In this document: in pieces, positions 27,884-36,561 of the stretch
How the letters are laid out: the number at the start of each line of letters is the position of its first letter
Position numbering within the stretch: the stretch's first letter is position 1
Assembly: GCA_038211475.1 (NCBI GenBank)
Contig: JBBQVN010000005.1
Coordinates: 4,863-68,862, forward strand
Source of the DNA: Terriglobales bacterium
Lineage (GTDB): Bacteria; Acidobacteriota; Terriglobia; Terriglobales; Acidobacteriaceae
Length of the DNA stretch: 64,000 nt
Direction: 5' to 3'
Program-made: the position numbers and the translations under genes
The notes under the pieces: generated by a model
Told to the model about the DNA's origin: nothing
The model's input: the letters and a program-made list of their open reading frames with translations, nothing else
The model's database searches: none

Positions 27884-29380
27884 CTACCGGCTCGCGCCCA
27901 TCGCTTCCTTAGCGGCATGCACGAGCGCATGCGGGTACTTGAGCACCAGGCGGGTATTGTAAGTGAAATCGCGGGCGGCGGTCAGGGTGCGCCATCCGAA
28001 AATGCCCATGCGCTGCCAGCAGTAGCGCTCGTAGAGTTCGCGAACTTGCTCAGGATTGAAATCGTCGGTGGTCACCTGGTTGTGTTTGGTCTGAAGCTTG
28101 CCTTTGAAGAAACCCATTTTGAGAATGCGCGTGTAGATGGGCGTTCCGGGAATGGGGATCAAGACCTGGAGAAAGGGAGTGACACCGTAGCGGCGATACC
28201 GATCGAGCGCGAAAGCGATGGTGGTTCGCATCTCGTCGAGGGTCTCGCCCGGAAAGCCGATGATATAGAAGGCGTGCAGGCGAAGGTTAAATTCATGACA
28301 CCAGCGGATCATTTCCTCAACCCGATCAAGGTCGAGCTTCTTTTTTACGATGTCGTTCAAGACCCGGGGCACGGCAGATTCGATCGCGACGGTCAGGAAT
28401 TCGCAGCCTGATTCCTTGGCTTTTTTGATACGCTCACGCGTCCAGGAGTCACCGCGCACTCCGTTGGGGGTGTCCCAGCCGATGCGCGGACGAATTGCCG
28501 ATACCACCTTGATGATCTCGTCATAACGCTCCGGCAAGTGGGTGAAGTTGTCATCTTCGAAATGGATGAAGTCGACGCCGTACTGATTGACGAGATGGTG
28601 GATGTGGTTGCGTATGGCCTCAATGGAATGAGAGCGATACTTGTACCCCATGGTCGTGTGGATCGAGCAGAACGTGCAGACGTGGGGACAGCCACGACTG
28701 GTGATCATGGTGATGGGGCGCTTTCCCCATTCCCGATAGCGCGGGGAAAAACCCCGGCGAGCTAAATCGAAATACGCTTCCAGGTTGATCAGGTCATATG
28801 CCGGCAGGGGCATGAGGTCAAGATCGGTGATGAAACGTATCGGCCATTTCTGGTCGGCGGGAAGACCGACCACCTCATGTTTTGTGACGATGCCTTCACC
28901 GGCAGGAATTTGGCCGGCGAGCAGGGATCCGATCAGACTCGAGAACCGCTCCTCGCCCTCACCCAGAATGACGTAATCAATGGAAGGGCGTGCCAGGGCT
29001 TCTTGGGGAAAGACCGTGACATGAGGACCACCAATGACGACGATGGTTTCCGGGAGCGCGGCCTTAACGAGATCGGCCAAGGCATAAGCCCGCTCGATCT
29101 GAGCGGTGAACATGTTCGAAATGCCGACCACATCAGGTTTTTCGGCGATGACCCGTTTCACGGATTCGCTGTCAGTGTCGCCGAAAATTGTATCTCCCTG
29201 CTCGTTGACCGTGGAGATGGCCGACACCCTGGCGTCATAAATCTTGATGTCGCACGGCAGGCCGCTGCTGCGGAGATGGCCGGCGATCATGAGCAGCCCC
29301 AAGGGCGGGCCGACCATTGGCCGCGCCTTCAGCCCCTGGAAGATGACCTTCTGGTTGGGATGGCAGAGCAAGACTTTCAT
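27884..29380 (-). CDS. B12-binding domain radical SAM protein (class B)
   Basis: N-terminal cobalamin-binding-type domain (MKVLLCHPN…VVGISNMF…VIGGPHVTVFP), then the radical SAM cluster motif ITSRGCPHVCTFC. The start codon directly follows the upstream stop (TAAATG at 29378-29383). Confidence 0.92.
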   Translation of the reverse strand: MKVLLCHPNQKVIFQGLKARPMVGPPLGLLMIAGHLRSSGLPCDIKIYDARVSAISTVNEQGDTIFGDTDSESVKRVIAEKPDVVGISNMFTAQIERAYALADLVKAALPETIVVIGGPHVTVFPQEALARPSIDYVILGEGEERFSSLIGSLLAGQIPAGEGIVTKHEVVGLPADQKWPIRFITDLDLMPLPAYDLINLEAYFDLARRGFSPRYREWGKRPITMITSRGCPHVCTFCSIHTTMGYKYRSHSIEAIRNHIHHLVNQYGVDFIHFEDDNFTHLPERYDEIIKVVSAIRPRIGWDTPNGVRGDSWTRERIKKAKESGCEFLTVAIESAVPRVLNDIVKKKLDLDRVEEMIRWCHEFNLRLHAFYIIGFPGETLDEMRTTIAFALDRYRRYGVTPFLQVLIPIPGTPIYTRILKMGFFKGKLQTKHNQVTTDDFNPEQVRELYERYCWQRMGIFGWRTLTAARDFTYNTRLVLKYPHALVHAAKEAMGASR

Positions 29381-30961
29381 TTAGAACCTCATGGTTACAG
29401 ATTCGCCGGCATGGCGGATTTCTCGCGCATCGCCGCGAACCAGTTGCAGGGCGCGCTGGAACCGTTCCCAGACTCCGCCAAGTCCCCGGCTCTGGGCCGC
29501 GCGCGCGGTGAATCGAGCCTGCCTGAGCAGCCACTTCGGATCCTTTACCTTGGCCCGCATCCACATGGAATGGGATTGAGCCATAAATGCCTCGATGTCT
29601 TGTTTCGAGATGTCCTTATAGCGGATGACAGTGTGATTGGCTCCGTCGAACTCCGCCCAGCCGCTGGCGGTTAAATCCCCGGCCTGCACAAGATCGTGAT
29701 ACATGGGCGTGCCGGGAAGCGGCGTGGCTAAACTGAATTGGATGGAATCGACATCGAGTTTGCAGACATAGGCGAAGGTATTGTGTAACGTCTCGGTGGT
29801 CTCGCCACTGAGGCCGAGGACGACACTGGCGTGAGTCTTGATGCCCAACGATTTCGCGGCTTCTACGATTCGTTCCAGATTCTCGAGCCTCAGGGGCTTG
29901 TTGATGGTATGGAGAACCTTGGTATCGGAGCTGTCGAGGCCGAACTTGATCCCAATGCAGCCCGAGGCGGACATTTGTTTCAGCAGTTCGGGCGTCAACA
30001 CAATGGCGTCACACATGGCCGACCAAGGAAGATCCACTTCGCGGTGGACAATTTCATCGCACAGCGCCATCACGTGGGCCTTGTTGCTGGTGAAATTGTC
30101 GTCATCGAAATAAATTTCCCGGGCGCCCGCTGCTTTTACTTCCAGCATTTCCTGCACGACGCGGCCGGGAGAAAAGAAGCGCTGTTTGTTGTCTGCAAAC
30201 AGAACGTGGATGCGGTCGCAGAAGTTGCATTTGAAGGGGCAGCCCCGGCTGGTGTGCATGTGGTAGGCCGGGCTATGCTGACAAAACCCGTCGTGATAAA
30301 CGGCCATGTCAGTATCGAAGTAAGCCGGAAAAAGGTGACGGGCCGGGACCGGAAGGTCGTCAAGGGGAGCAATGGCTTCCGATCTTTCATTTACCACGGC
30401 TTTCCCGGACTGGTCGCGATAGGCGATCCCGCGAAGCGAAGCGACGGATCCGGAGTCGCGCAGGCATTGCATGAGCCGGAGCAGCGATTTTTCGTACTCT
30501 CCGATCACCACGTAGTTGACCAGGGGATAGCCTTCAAGCAGTTCCTGCGCCCGGGCGGTTGCGTGTGAACCACCTAAAACCACGATGGCGGGGGTGGACT
30601 CGCGCAAACGCTTAATGAGGCGAAGGGTATCGTCTACGACGGCGGCATTGGGCTCGAAGAAAACAACGTCGGGAAAAACCTCCTGGACCCGCGCCAGAAA
30701 TTCTTCTTCCCGCAAATTCAATGGAACGCCGTCGATGACGCTGACAGCGAAACCTTCCTGCTCGAGGACGGCGGCGGCGTAGGCCATAAAGAGCGGGAAC
30801 ATGGCGTAGCGAGGCCGGTCCCCGGTGCGCTTCAGCAACGACCAGGGGTAGCGCATTCCCGCGCCCAACATGTAGCGTTCCAGTCCATCACCAAGATCGC
30901 GGGTGAAAGCTGGATTGGCTAGCAGGACGCGCATGGACGGCTTTTTCTCAGAGGATGTCAT
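29381..30961 (-). CDS. B12-binding domain radical SAM protein (class B), divergent paralogue
   Basis: MRVLLANPAF…VVFFEPNAA…VVLGGSHATARAQEL, then TSRGCPFKCNFC. I chose the ATG at 30961 (GGGAGAG RBS), which overlaps the upstream gene end by 14 nt. An alternative ATG lies at 30934. Confidence 0.9.
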   Translation of the reverse strand: MTSSEKKPSMRVLLANPAFTRDLGDGLERYMLGAGMRYPWSLLKRTGDRPRYAMFPLFMAYAAAVLEQEGFAVSVIDGVPLNLREEEFLARVQEVFPDVVFFEPNAAVVDDTLRLIKRLRESTPAIVVLGGSHATARAQELLEGYPLVNYVVIGEYEKSLLRLMQCLRDSGSVASLRGIAYRDQSGKAVVNERSEAIAPLDDLPVPARHLFPAYFDTDMAVYHDGFCQHSPAYHMHTSRGCPFKCNFCDRIHVLFADNKQRFFSPGRVVQEMLEVKAAGAREIYFDDDNFTSNKAHVMALCDEIVHREVDLPWSAMCDAIVLTPELLKQMSASGCIGIKFGLDSSDTKVLHTINKPLRLENLERIVEAAKSLGIKTHASVVLGLSGETTETLHNTFAYVCKLDVDSIQFSLATPLPGTPMYHDLVQAGDLTASGWAEFDGANHTVIRYKDISKQDIEAFMAQSHSMWMRAKVKDPKWLLRQARFTARAAQSRGLGGVWERFQRALQLVRGDAREIRHAGESVTMRF

Positions 30962-32669
30962 TTGTCTCTCCCGTGGCACGAGGCGGTGTTGCACTCAGAA
31001 GGTGACGTACGAACAAAGGGATGCCGGTCGTGTAGCGGCTCCTGCTATGCGGCTCGAAACTCATACGGTGCAGCCATTCCAGACCGAGTTGCGCCACGAC
31101 GGCCGGCGCGCGATGTTTGGTTCCTGCCCATTGCTTCAGGGTGCCGGCGCCCACATGCCAGCACAGGGCCCGATGACAGATTTCCGAGGCCAGCATCAAG
31201 ATTCGCTCTGACCGGGGCGAACTCGCGCCGACCAACACAAATGAAGCGTCGGCGTGATCCCGCAAAATGGCCTGGTATTCGTGATCCTGGTGAAAGCCGT
31301 GGTGAACGGCGACAAAATCTGCCATGGGTGCGGCTCGGCGGAGTTCTCGGGCCGCGTGTGTAATCTCCTCGGGGCTAAGGCCGAAGAGCACGACCGGACC
31401 TTGTACCAATCCGGACGCGATACTGAAATCGAACAACTGGTGCATGATGACGCGGTCACACCAGGCTCGTGCAAACAGGCTTGCCGCTATGGTTGCGCCG
31501 ATGCCGTCGAGGCAAACGGCATCACAGCGTTGCAGGAAGGTTGCGACGGTCGGATGAGTGACACACAGATTGTAGACGTGAGGATTCAGAAACCCGAGAG
31601 ACGCGGAGGTAGGGCCGGGTGACTGCACGGAGCGCCGGATCAGGTCGAGGGCGTTGTCTCGACTGCTGATGTTAATCCTGAGTGATCCAATACTGGATGA
31701 CGTACATGGCTTACCCACTCGTACAGTTGCGTAATAGTTGTAAACCCGGGTCAGTGCAGTGTCTAAGTCGATGACCGGAGTCCAGCCGGTGTGGTCCCTG
31801 ATCTTGTCGATGCGGGGTGATTTGGCGGAGGCTTCCAGGTAATGGGCGCCGAACCTTTGCGCGGGATCGACAGTCTCAAACTGGGAATCGGAAGCGCAAA
31901 GCTCGCGGATGCGTATTGCAAGGTCGCGAATGGTTACGGCATTGCCGGGATTGCCGAGATTGTAGGTGTGGCCGCCCTTGCCGCGCTCCTGGACAGCGAC
32001 CAGGCCGCGGGCGACATCTTCGGCATGGCAGAAGCAGCGTACCTGGTGCCCGCCATTGAACAGGGGCAGCGGCTTTCCGGCCAAGGCGTTCTGGAAAAAT
32101 GTGGGAACCACAAATCCGATCTGCGCGCTCTGGCCTTCGCCGAGGGCGTTAAATGGCCGCACCACGGTCAGGCGGAAGCCAAACCGTGCCGCCAAGTTAA
32201 GCAGCAGATGCTCGGCCGCCAGCTTTCCCAGGGAGTACTCCATCCGCGTTCCGGTCTGCACGGGAACGGAAAGTTCGTCGTCCTCCTGTTGCAATCCGGC
32301 TTTGCCGTAGACTTCCGAAGAAGATACATAGAGGAGTGCGGCACCTTGGTCGGCGGCAAGTTCGCCGGCACGCGTGGCAAGATCGGTAATCTCTTTGGCA
32401 AGGTAGCCGCTTCTCGCCAGAATCCCCAGCGAGCCTACCGGGCTAGCCAGATGGTAGATGCGGCTGAATCTCCGGTGGGCCAGCGCGACGGTCTTGAAAT
32501 CAGCGGTAAGAATCTCGGCGCGATTGTGAAGCCATTCATAATTGATCTTGGAGGAACTTACATTATCGACAATGGTAAGTTGGCAGCCGGGATCAGTGCG
32601 AAGCAAATAGCGGGCAAGATGCTGGCCCAGAAAACCCAGCCCGCCAGTGATGAGTATTCTTTCCTGCAT
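30948..32669 (-). CDS. fusion protein: N-terminal extended-SDR sugar-nucleotide epimerase/dehydratase + C-terminal WecB/TagA/CpsF (GT26) glycosyltransferase
   Basis: N-terminal half: MQERILITGGLGFLGQHL, YSLGKLAAE. C-terminal half: LGFLNPHVYNLC…AVCLDGIGATIAASL…VVLFGLSPEE…FVLVGASSPRSERIL…CWHVGAGTLKQWAG…LGLEWLHR, typical of GT26. The ATG at 32669 is preceded by GGGAGGA. The track ORF extends to a TTG at 32687. Confidence 0.85.
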   Translation of the reverse strand: MQERILITGGLGFLGQHLARYLLRTDPGCQLTIVDNVSSSKINYEWLHNRAEILTADFKTVALAHRRFSRIYHLASPVGSLGILARSGYLAKEITDLATRAGELAADQGAALLYVSSSEVYGKAGLQQEDDELSVPVQTGTRMEYSLGKLAAEHLLLNLAARFGFRLTVVRPFNALGEGQSAQIGFVVPTFFQNALAGKPLPLFNGGHQVRCFCHAEDVARGLVAVQERGKGGHTYNLGNPGNAVTIRDLAIRIRELCASDSQFETVDPAQRFGAHYLEASAKSPRIDKIRDHTGWTPVIDLDTALTRVYNYYATVRVGKPCTSSSIGSLRINISSRDNALDLIRRSVQSPGPTSASLGFLNPHVYNLCVTHPTVATFLQRCDAVCLDGIGATIAASLFARAWCDRVIMHQLFDFSIASGLVQGPVVLFGLSPEEITHAARELRRAAPMADFVAVHHGFHQDHEYQAILRDHADASFVLVGASSPRSERILMLASEICHRALCWHVGAGTLKQWAGTKHRAPAVVAQLGLEWLHRMSFEPHSRSRYTTGIPLFVRHLLSATPPRATGETNDIL

Positions 32670-32673
32670 CAAG

Positions 32674-33315
32674 CTATCCTCCCACAACCATTCTTTTTAC
32701 GGTGAATCCTTCGGCAAAGGGCAATCCCGCCTGGGCACCGCGGAGTTGCGCAATGGCGGAGACGAGTTCGGGCGACCGATGGCCCCGGACCTGGGAGGTA
32801 TAGAGCGAATAGCTGTGCAGCTTTTCCGAGAGAGACATGGCCTGAAAGTAGTTGGGAGCAGCTTCCCCGCCATGGGGCAAGAGCAGCGAATCCGGCTGCT
32901 CAAAGACCAGGACGTTCCTCACGAACCAATTCTGATCGTGGGGGCGCAACGCGGTGATCGCGGCATCGTAGACGGCCCGATGATCCTGATTATAGGACGG
33001 CTGCGGGAGCAGCACGGTGTCTGGTTCACACTCCCGAATCACTCTCTCCAGATCCGGTATCAGGTCAGGCACTCGGTATGCATTGACGGGATGGTGCAGG
33101 GCTTCCCATTGGAATCCGGACTTGGCCGCGCTCCTGCTGACCTCCAAAATCCGTTCGTCCCTGGAGACATTCACGCGGTCCTCGATCCCGAGATACAGCA
33201 CACGGCAGGAAGGGGACAAAAACGAGAAGCACCCCAAGACTTCGTCATCAGCGTGCGGCGAGAAGATGACGACTGATGCCGCATTTTTGTTTCTCGAAGG
33301 TGCTCCCCTAGTCAT
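32674..33315 (-). CDS. PIG-L/LmbE-family de-N-acetylase
   Basis: VVIFSPHADDEVLG (PHxDD) and NQDHRAV (HxDH-like) motifs. The ATG is at 33315, and the track ORF starts at a TTG at 33324. This is the first gene of the operon. Confidence 0.88.
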   Translation of the reverse strand: MTRGAPSRNKNAASVVIFSPHADDEVLGCFSFLSPSCRVLYLGIEDRVNVSRDERILEVSRSAAKSGFQWEALHHPVNAYRVPDLIPDLERVIRECEPDTVLLPQPSYNQDHRAVYDAAITALRPHDQNWFVRNVLVFEQPDSLLLPHGGEAAPNYFQAMSLSEKLHSYSLYTSQVRGHRSPELVSAIAQLRGAQAGLPFAEGFTVKRMVVGG

Positions 33316-33870
33316 GCCGCGCAAACTTACGATAGTACATTTTTAGGGTCGGCACAAGATTTATTTTCCTGCAATCGGCGTCAGACCCGCCAGCTTTCCG
33401 ATCTCACCGCGGCTCTTTACTCCAATCCCTCGACCACCGACAAAGTCCCCAGAACCCGCGTGGCGCTGTAGACATAGGTCTTACTGGCCTTGGCATAGAC
33501 CAGCCTGATTTTGGATACGGAACCGGCTTTGTCGCTCAGCACCACCGTATTGAGCGGGATGCGCTTTCCGGTCGCGACTTCCACACGGTTAGAGACTTGC
33601 CTGCGAAGGTGTGATTGCGCATCCCTAGCTTTTTAGAAAATCCGCTTTGAAGCCCCGATGAGGAAAATAAGGGAAGGCAGCGCAGTCTTCCCTTTTAATC
33701 TCCCCCCGGCAATCTCCGTCAACTGCCCCAACATTCCCCTAAAATCAGGCCAGATCTACTTGAATCAGGCAGATTTCGCAGCGATCATATACAGTACGCT
33801 CACCGAATTCCCCTTGACATTGTCCGGGAGTGCACCGAGAATCGCAAAGAATCTTATTCGTGGGGTCTAC

Positions 33871-34746
33871 ATGTCATGCGCGCAAACCAAGCTGAGGGCT
33901 CTTCAGTGGGGGGGTAGCTCTCCTTCTGGTTCTTGTTTTCTCCCCGCTTGCTTCCTTTTGCCAGGACTTAGATGCAACAGTCACAGGTTGTAGCCAGATC
34001 ACTACAGCGAACAATACCGTTTGTCTTGTGACCTACCAAGGTGGTATCAGCCGGCGCGGCTTCAATCCCAGCGAAACCCTTTTGACCCAGGCCAAGGTTC
34101 AAGGAGGAACTTTCAAGCTGCAACGATCGTTCCCCGTAAATGGCGCGATTTATGGTGAGCCTCTAGTGTTGCCGAATGTCAGTAACACGGTGACAGGCGC
34201 TTTCCATTCAGATCTGGTGTATGTTGCTACGGAACAAGATGTACTCTACGCTTGGGATCCTTCCTCTAGCGCGACCACGCCAGTCTGGGAACAGCCGCTG
34301 CTCCCTTCCGGTTATACGTTCTTGAATAGCAGGGACGTTTTTGGTTGCACCAACATCCAACCCGCTCCGGGCGACATTGGAGTAACAAGCACTCCTGTGA
34401 TTGACGTTAGCCAGAACACAGGTGGGCAGAACATCACTTCGGGGTACCATCTATGTAGTATCTCGTGGGAAAACAACAAGCGGGACAACAACCTACCAAC
34501 AGTGGCTGTGGGCGTTCAGCGTGATTGACGGGACGCTTTTGGCCGGGCCGACCCCAATATCCGGAACGACTGCGACCGGTGATGTGTTCAACGCGCAATC
34601 GCAGAAGGGGCGTCACCCTAACTGGGGTGCCAGCGGGGTTGCCAATCAAGTTCACCGTGCCGGCGGTTGCCAATGGTTGGGTCATCTACGGTACCGCGGA
34701 AGTTGACCCCGCAACGAGCCCCCTCAACATATTCGGAACCAGATAA
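33871..34746 (+). pseudogene. decayed paralogue of the PQQ-like beta-propeller gene at 21097..22782
   Basis: The start and signal peptide (MSCAQTKLRALQWG / VALLLVLVFSPLASFC) are split by a frameshift at a G7 run (33908-33914). A further frameshift lies at ~34440 (…GQNITSG / GTIYVVSRGK…) and another at ~34610. About 270 codons are missing compared with the intact paralogue. The C-terminus (PIKFTVPAVANGWVIYGTAEV) matches FATPMIVNGKVYIGTTNSV of the intact copy. Confidence 0.7.
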
Positions 34747-34771
34747 TTCGAACGATCCCAGGAGATTTGAA

Positions 34772-35719
34772 ATGAAGTTCTCAATGATGCGGTCGCTGTT
34801 GGCAAGTCTGTTTGCATGCGTGCTGGTGTCTCACTGTTCTGCGCAACTAAATCCAAATCAAGTGGCTCTGCTCCACTGGTACGCCACCGATCAGGTCGCG
34901 GTATTTAGCACAGGGGGGAGGTCACCGGTTGGAATCGCGTTTGACGGCCAAAACATGTGGATCGCTAACAATGGTACCCAGACGGTCAGCAAAGTGCGCG
35001 CCAGTGATGGGACTCTGCTGGGTACGTTTCACGTGGGCAATCAGCCCGCCGGGGTGGTTTACGATGGGGCGCACGTGTGGGTAACGAATCTTCTCGCCGG
35101 AACTCTAAGTGAGATTAACCCTTCGGATGGCACCACTCTCGGCACCTTCAAGGTGGGAGCGGTTCCGTTTGACATTGCCTTCGACGGCTCCAGTCTTTGG
35201 GTCGTGCTGGAGGGCGACACCAGTGTCGCCAAAGTCCGCCCCAGCGACGGGGCGGTGCTGCTGACGACCAGACTCTCAGGCAGCCCGCTGCATATTGCTT
35301 TTGACGGCGCCAATATGTGGGTCACACTGGGCTCCAGCGCGAGGTCGGTAGCCAAGGTGCGGGTGAGCGACGGCGTGTTAGTGGGCACTTATGCGGTCGG
35401 CAATTTTCCGCAGCCGGTGGTATTTGATGGCACCGCAATCTGGGTGGGCAACTCGGGCAGCAACACGGTTACTAAGTTGCGCATCAGCGACGGCACAGTG
35501 CTGGGGACCTTCGCCGTGGGATCCAGCCCCACTGCCCTAGCGTTTGATGGAACCAACATCTGGGTCGGGTCTATCAGCAGCAATGTCCAAAAGCTGCGCG
35601 CCAGCGACGGCAAGAGTCTGGGTAGTTTCCCACTGCCCGGCCAGGCTTCGGCAGGCGCGTTCGACGGCGCGTTCGTTTGGATCACCATCGCTGATAAGGC
35701 CGAGGTCGCAAAACTCTAG
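34772..35719 (+). CDS. secreted seven-bladed beta-propeller repeat protein (NHL/YncE-like)
   Basis: The ATG at 34772 has GGAGA 6 nt upstream. Signal peptide is MKFSMMRSLLASLFACVLVSHCSA. Seven ~41-aa repeats follow the pattern (I/V)AFDGxxxWVxNxxxxTVxKxRxSDGxxLGTF. Confidence 0.82.
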   Translation: MKFSMMRSLLASLFACVLVSHCSAQLNPNQVALLHWYATDQVAVFSTGGRSPVGIAFDGQNMWIANNGTQTVSKVRASDGTLLGTFHVGNQPAGVVYDGAHVWVTNLLAGTLSEINPSDGTTLGTFKVGAVPFDIAFDGSSLWVVLEGDTSVAKVRPSDGAVLLTTRLSGSPLHIAFDGANMWVTLGSSARSVAKVRVSDGVLVGTYAVGNFPQPVVFDGTAIWVGNSGSNTVTKLRISDGTVLGTFAVGSSPTALAFDGTNIWVGSISSNVQKLRASDGKSLGSFPLPGQASAGAFDGAFVWITIADKAEVAKL

Positions 35720-36007
35720 GATCGTCAGTGGCTGTTGGCATCAAAGCCAACTGAATGAGGTCTACACTTTCCCCCAGAGCTCTTCCCGCGGGAGTTCCCG
35801 CGCCATGGAAGACTGCTTCGAGCGGCTACTCTTTCGGAACGCCGATTGCTGGCTGCCGCCATGAATTCGCTCAGTGAGTGCCAGAGAGTGTCCAGGGTCG
35901 ACGATTTGCCCCTGCCGCGCAAACCTTTCGCCATGCTGCATACACGATCAAGCCGTGGCTCATAGGCGCGAGCGCGCGCTTATATTTCTGAAGCAGAACA
36001 CATATGA

Positions 36008-36220
36008 ACATGGACTCGCTTTGGAGCGCCCGGCATCGAGCCGCGCTGGACCTCCAGCGCCAAGGACGGCATCGGCACTGCGTATCATAGCAGGTCGACG
36101 ATGTGGTTCACGCTCGGCTACGGCATAATCAACGAGATCTATTTCCCGCACGTCGATACGCCCAACACACGCGGCCTGCAATTTCTCATCCTTGACGGAG
36201 AAATATTTTGTCACGAGAAA
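36008..36220 (+). pseudogene. N-terminal fragment of a GH15 glucoamylase-like gene
   Basis: FGAPGIEPRWTSSAKDGIGTAYHSRSTMWFTLGYGIINEIYFPHVDTPNTRGLQFLILDGEIFCHE matches the conserved N-terminus of bacterial glucoamylase/glucodextranase. It has no in-frame start, and the remainder of the gene is absent. Confidence 0.5.
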
Positions 36221-36238
36221 AGCGCGACCTCGTCCACA

Positions 36239-36352
36239 AAACCCGGCATAGGGATAAGCTCCGTCAGTTCCGTTGGTAAAGCTGTACAGCGTGGTCAGAG
36301 TGCCTGAGGACGTGATTTGGAACACAGTGCCGGATGCGCTGGTCCCTCCCAC
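36239..36352 (-). pseudogene. fragment of a GloVer-type choice-of-anchor tandem-repeat protein
   Basis: [37 protein letters not shown] is one repeat unit. The reading frame then dissolves into sequence antisense to the GH15 fragment. Confidence 0.45.
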
Positions 36353-36355
36353 ATC

Positions 36356-36561
36356 CGTTGTGCCATCTATACCCGCAAGTCGAAGAAGGCTTGAAGCAGT
36401 CGTTCAACTCGCTCGACGCCCAGCGCGAGGCCTGTGAGGCCTACATCAAGAGCCAGCAGCATGAGGGCTGGCAGCGTATCCCTACCCGCTACGACGACGG
36501 CGGCTTCTCCGGTGGCAACATCGAGCGCCCTGCACTAAAGCAGCTCATGGCCGATATCAGT
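36356..36561 (+). mobile_element. frameshifted, truncated N-terminal fragment of a serine recombinase (resolvase domain)
   Basis: RCAIYTRKS (catalytic-Ser region) in one frame switches at ~36380 to [59 protein letters not shown] in another. There is no start codon, and homology ends ~20 nt before the next gene. Confidence 0.65.

Noticed and set aside
27731-32705. Long plus-strand ORFs opposite the glyco-operon (27731..28411, 28877..29674, 29831..30568, 31842..32705).
   Set aside because: These are antisense shadows typical of high-GC genes. The minus-strand frames carry unmistakable radical SAM, SDR and GT motifs, while the plus-strand products are Arg/Gly/Ala-rich with no motifs or RBS.
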